This document shows, piece after piece, positions 28,845 through 32,000 of a stretch of DNA of 32,000 nucleotides (position 1 is the stretch's first letter; each line of letters starts with the position of its first letter). Origin of the DNA: Wolbachia endosymbiont of Drosophila innubila (lineage in GTDB: Bacteria; Pseudomonadota; Alphaproteobacteria; Rickettsiales; Anaplasmataceae). The translations under genes and the position numbers were made by a program. The notes below the pieces were generated by a model. It made no database searches and was not told where the DNA came from. It saw only the letters and a program-made list of their open reading frames with translations. The stretch spans positions 1,080,001 through 1,112,000 of the forward strand of contig NZ_CP076228.1 of the NCBI RefSeq assembly GCF_021378375.1. The letters are read 5' to 3'.

Positions 28845-30038
28845 CTATTTCCAATAAAAGTTTGTATGCAATAACACAGAAGCATGCACTGCTATTCCTT
28901 CATTTCTTCCAATATAACCTAATTTCTCTGCAGTGGTTGCTTTGATATTTACAAATTCATCATCAATTTCTAATGCTTTTGATATGAATTTCTTCATTTC
29001 TACTTTGTAAGGCGATATTTTAGGCTCTTCACAAACTATAGTAATATCTAAATTAGACACGCTGTACCCTTTTTCTTTTGCTTTTTTAGCAGCAAAGTCA
29101 AGAAAGTGAGATGAATTGCAATCTTTCCATTCAGAGGAACTAGGAGGAAAGTGCTCTCCTATGTCGCCACATCCCAGTGCTCCGAGTATTGCATCAACGA
29201 TTGCATGTATTGCAACATCACCATCAGAGTGCGCTTCTATTGCCATGTTGTGTTCAATTTTCACACCGCAAATTTTTATAAAGCTTTCAGCACCATTTTG
29301 AACTTTAATGAACTTATGTATATCATAACCGGCTCCGACACGAAATTTTGGCTCTTCAAAAAGAAGCTTTGCCATATTGATATCCTCTTTTGTGGTTAAC
29401 TTAAAATTGCTTTTCTCACCTTTAATAATCGCAACATGTTTTTTGTGCTCTACCATTAGTGATGAATCGTCAGTAAATTCTTTGACTGATTGATGGCATG
29501 ATAATAATTCTTTGAAATTAAAAATTTGAGGGGTTTGTATGGCTCTGAGCTTTCCTCTTGAAATCGTAGATTCAATAAAACTATTACTCACCAATGACAT
29601 AGTGTCTTCAACTTCTATTGCTGGAACTACTCCTGTATATTGATCATTAATCATAGATTCAACCAAGTTATCTATCAGAACATCTGACACAAAAGGCCTA
29701 CAAGCATCGTGTATAACTACAAAATCTGGGTTAATTTTTTGTAAGCTTTCAAGCCCTAGTTTAACTGAACTTTGCCTGTTTTCTCCTCCGTATACAGGGC
29801 TTAGTAATTTAGTGTCTGTAATTAGTGATATAGCTTTCTCATAGAAACTTTCATGGTCTCTATTAATTGCTATTCTTATGTAATCTATATATTGGTTAGC
29901 CAGAAATCTTTTAATTGTATGAAATAAAACAGATTTACCTGCCAGTTTTATATATTGCTTAGGAATCGTAGAATTGCATCTACTGCCTACTCCCGCTGCA
30001 ACTATTAATGCTGCTATTTTGTATTTCTTAGCGCACAT
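28845..30038 (-). CDS. ispDF: Bifunctional IspD/IspF (MEP cytidylyltransferase / MEcPP synthase)
   Basis: 397-aa ORF. N-terminal ALIVAAGVGSRCNSTIPKQYIKLAGKSV (IspD) is fused to C-terminal FRVGAGYDIHKF...AHSDGDVAIHAIVDAILGALGCGDIGEHFP (IspF). Confidence 0.97.
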   Translation of the reverse strand: MCAKKYKIAALIVAAGVGSRCNSTIPKQYIKLAGKSVLFHTIKRFLANQYIDYIRIAINRDHESFYEKAISLITDTKLLSPVYGGENRQSSVKLGLESLQKINPDFVVIHDACRPFVSDVLIDNLVESMINDQYTGVVPAIEVEDTMSLVSNSFIESTISRGKLRAIQTPQIFNFKELLSCHQSVKEFTDDSSLMVEHKKHVAIIKGEKSNFKLTTKEDINMAKLLFEEPKFRVGAGYDIHKFIKVQNGAESFIKICGVKIEHNMAIEAHSDGDVAIHAIVDAILGALGCGDIGEHFPPSSSEWKDCNSSHFLDFAAKKAKEKGYSVSNLDITIVCEEPKISPYKVEMKKFISKALEIDDEFVNIKATTAEKLGYIGRNEGIAVHASVLLHTNFYWK

Positions 30039-30301
30039 ATTTCTTTTTGTAGAAGCTTTCCTCTCTATCCAAGATTCTTTCCGAAAAATAAAATTTCTGA
30101 CATCATATAAAAGTTACTTCCCCTATTAACTAGCATAATTATAATAGCAAAAGAGATATTTAGAGAGCTCAAAATCTATCTTTGCCTGCGGATTAAACAA
30201 CTAAATTTTAGTAAAAAATGATAGTATTACAAATCGTAAAATACTTTCAACATAGGAAAAATAAATTGCATATTTTTCAGTAAATTAGCTATGCTAAACA
30301 C

Positions 30302-31366
30302 ATGCAAAAACGTCATATAACTATTTGTTTCATACTGCTTTTTATAATAGGGATGTTATTCCTGATGCGTCCTATGATTTTTCCATGTTTAATATCTATT
30401 ATTATTGCATATTTGTTTAATCCGCTAGTAGTCAAGTTTGAAAAGTATAGAATACCACGTTCATGTTCTGTAATTTTTATAATACTTATTTTATTAATAG
30501 CTTTTATACTAGTCATAACATTTGTTTTACCTATTATATATGTTCAAATTACTTCAATATTAAATTTCTTAGTGAGTAAAGTGCCTTCATTAAAGTTTAA
30601 AGTAATCCCCTCTGTATTAGAATTTCTTAATATGAAAATCGAGGATAGCTTATTTGATCATTTATCTAAAAATCTAGCAGAAAATTACAGCAACTATGTA
30701 TCTTATTTCATGAATGCTCTTGATATTGCTAGTAACTTTATAATCCAAGTGTTAAGTTCAAGCTTTAACACGGTATCATTAATGGTGATTACTCCTGTAG
30801 TGTTTTTCTATATATTACGTGATTGGCCTTTAATTATAGAAAAAGCTAGTAAATTAATCCCTATTCCTTACAGAGGAAAAATTGCAGATTATTTTTCCAA
30901 AGTGGATTTCATTATATCTAATTATCTAAAGGGGCAGGTAAATGTATGTATTGTCATGATGGTCTTTTACTCTGTGAGTCTGAGCATAATTGGATTGGAA
31001 CACTCTATTGTTATTGGAATTTTATCAGGAATGTTAACGTTCATACCTTACGTAGGGCCATTATTATATACCATTATTGGGTTTTTGAGCGCTATCACTC
31101 AATTTAGTGGATGGTTTGAAAGTGCTGCTGTTTTGCTATTATTTGGTGTTGGACAATTAATAGATTCAAATATATTAGTTCCTTTATTAATAGGAAAAAA
31201 AGTTCATATACATCCAACTGTAATTATTCTGGGAATTACTATATGCGCTTCATATTTTGGATTTACAGGTATATTACTTTTTATTCCAATAATAGCAATG
31301 TTCAATGTATCAGTAGAATATGCAATCAATAAATATTTTAAAAGTGAGCTTTATAAAAACGGCTAA
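30302..31366 (+). CDS. PerM / AI-2E-family transporter-like membrane protein
   Basis: 354-aa hydrophobic ORF with the family pattern GMLTFIPYVGPLLYTIIGFLSAI...VGQLIDSNILVPLLIGKKVHIHPTVIIL. Confidence 0.88.
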   Translation: MQKRHITICFILLFIIGMLFLMRPMIFPCLISIIIAYLFNPLVVKFEKYRIPRSCSVIFIILILLIAFILVITFVLPIIYVQITSILNFLVSKVPSLKFKVIPSVLEFLNMKIEDSLFDHLSKNLAENYSNYVSYFMNALDIASNFIIQVLSSSFNTVSLMVITPVVFFYILRDWPLIIEKASKLIPIPYRGKIADYFSKVDFIISNYLKGQVNVCIVMMVFYSVSLSIIGLEHSIVIGILSGMLTFIPYVGPLLYTIIGFLSAITQFSGWFESAAVLLLFGVGQLIDSNILVPLLIGKKVHIHPTVIILGITICASYFGFTGILLFIPIIAMFNVSVEYAINKYFKSELYKNG

Positions 31367-31495
31367 CAGACCTTTTGCATAATCAATTTATGGTAAGAGG
31401 AGAAATGAGCCCAGAATACCTGACACATTTGAGGAGCGTAAGTAAATTTCTGCGCAAAAATTACTACCAGAAAGAGGTTACGTAAGAGGTTCAAC

Positions 31496-32000
31496 GTGCA
31501 ATTAAATTTATTTAACAACAATCAAGCTGATTATAGCCGGCAAAATTACATCATCTTAGATGAAAATAAGCACGTATATAATTCGGTAGTTAATGATTTA
31601 TCTTGGAAATGTCTGATTCTTTTTGGACCTAAAAGCTCCGGTAAAACTCATCTTGCTCATATTTGGCAATCAATAAACGATGCAATCTTTATCAATGTGA
31701 ATAACTTCGTAAGCGAGATTAGGTATAGCGATGCTTTTATTTTAGAAGACGTACAAAACATTAAAGATGAAGCCATGTTATTACATTGTTACAATTACAT
31801 GAAAGAAAACGACAAGAGGCTGCTAATCACTTCTTCAATTTCACCAAAAAAGCTTAACTTCAAACTAAGAGATTTAAGTTCTCGAATATTATCAACTATC
31901 AGCGTAAAAATTTTGCCTGCAAGCGAGGAATTATTAAGAATTATGCTAATAAAACGATTTTCAGATAAACAGTTAAAAATTGATTTAAAAGTGATTGATT
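31496..32000 (+). CDS. DnaA-like ATPase (Hda/DnaA N-terminal family), partial at right edge
   Basis: GTG start, own translation MQLNLFNNNQADYSRQNYIILDENKHVYNSVVNDLSWKCLILFGPKSSGKTHLAHIWQ...FILEDVQNIKDEAMLLHCYNYMKENDKRLLITSSISPKKLNFKLRDLSSRIL. Confidence 0.85.
   Translation, partial: MQLNLFNNNQADYSRQNYIILDENKHVYNSVVNDLSWKCLILFGPKSSGKTHLAHIWQSINDAIFINVNNFVSEIRYSDAFILEDVQNIKDEAMLLHCYNYMKENDKRLLITSSISPKKLNFKLRDLSSRILSTISVKILPASEELLRIMLIKRFSDKQLKIDLKVID

Noticed and set aside
1-32000. Cytoplasmic-incompatibility (cif-like) operon, prophage genes, ankyrin-repeat effectors or a classical defence island
   Set aside because: No supporting ORF or motif in this window.

Overview
The gene content and repeats look like the chromosome of a Wolbachia-type alphaproteobacterial endosymbiont. 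This assignment is an inference: no database search was run. Housekeeping genes supported by the sequence are murE (partial), metC-like, bolA-like, dnaK, rng/rne-like, rpmG, a small XRE/HTH protein, znuA, znuC, ubiB-like, the 3' remnant of truB, rpsO, pnp, apaG, purK, a fused ispD-ispF, a PerM/AI-2E-type membrane protein and an Hda-like protein (partial). They are interspersed with nested and mostly decayed insertion sequences: IS5-like (two types), IS630-like (two types), IS4-like, IS110-like and an IS66-like fragment. There is also a truncated group II intron and many short palindromic repeats. I did not find a clear new multi-gene system. The best candidate for undescribed biology is the minus-strand locus 13499-15180. 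It encodes a low-complexity, basic, proline-rich protein with a literal EPIYA tyrosine motif, PPKP motifs and a 35-aa repeat, which together suggest a host-directed effector. It is split into two ORFs by a 68-bp direct tandem duplication that shifts the frame and would be restored if one copy were lost. Other notable points are a repeat-derived segment read in frame inside murE, loss of the 5' part of truB next to an IS, a group II intron 5' half inside a PD-(D/E)XK-like gene, reconstructable nested IS insertions, and a 70-bp tandem repeat that could serve as a VNTR.
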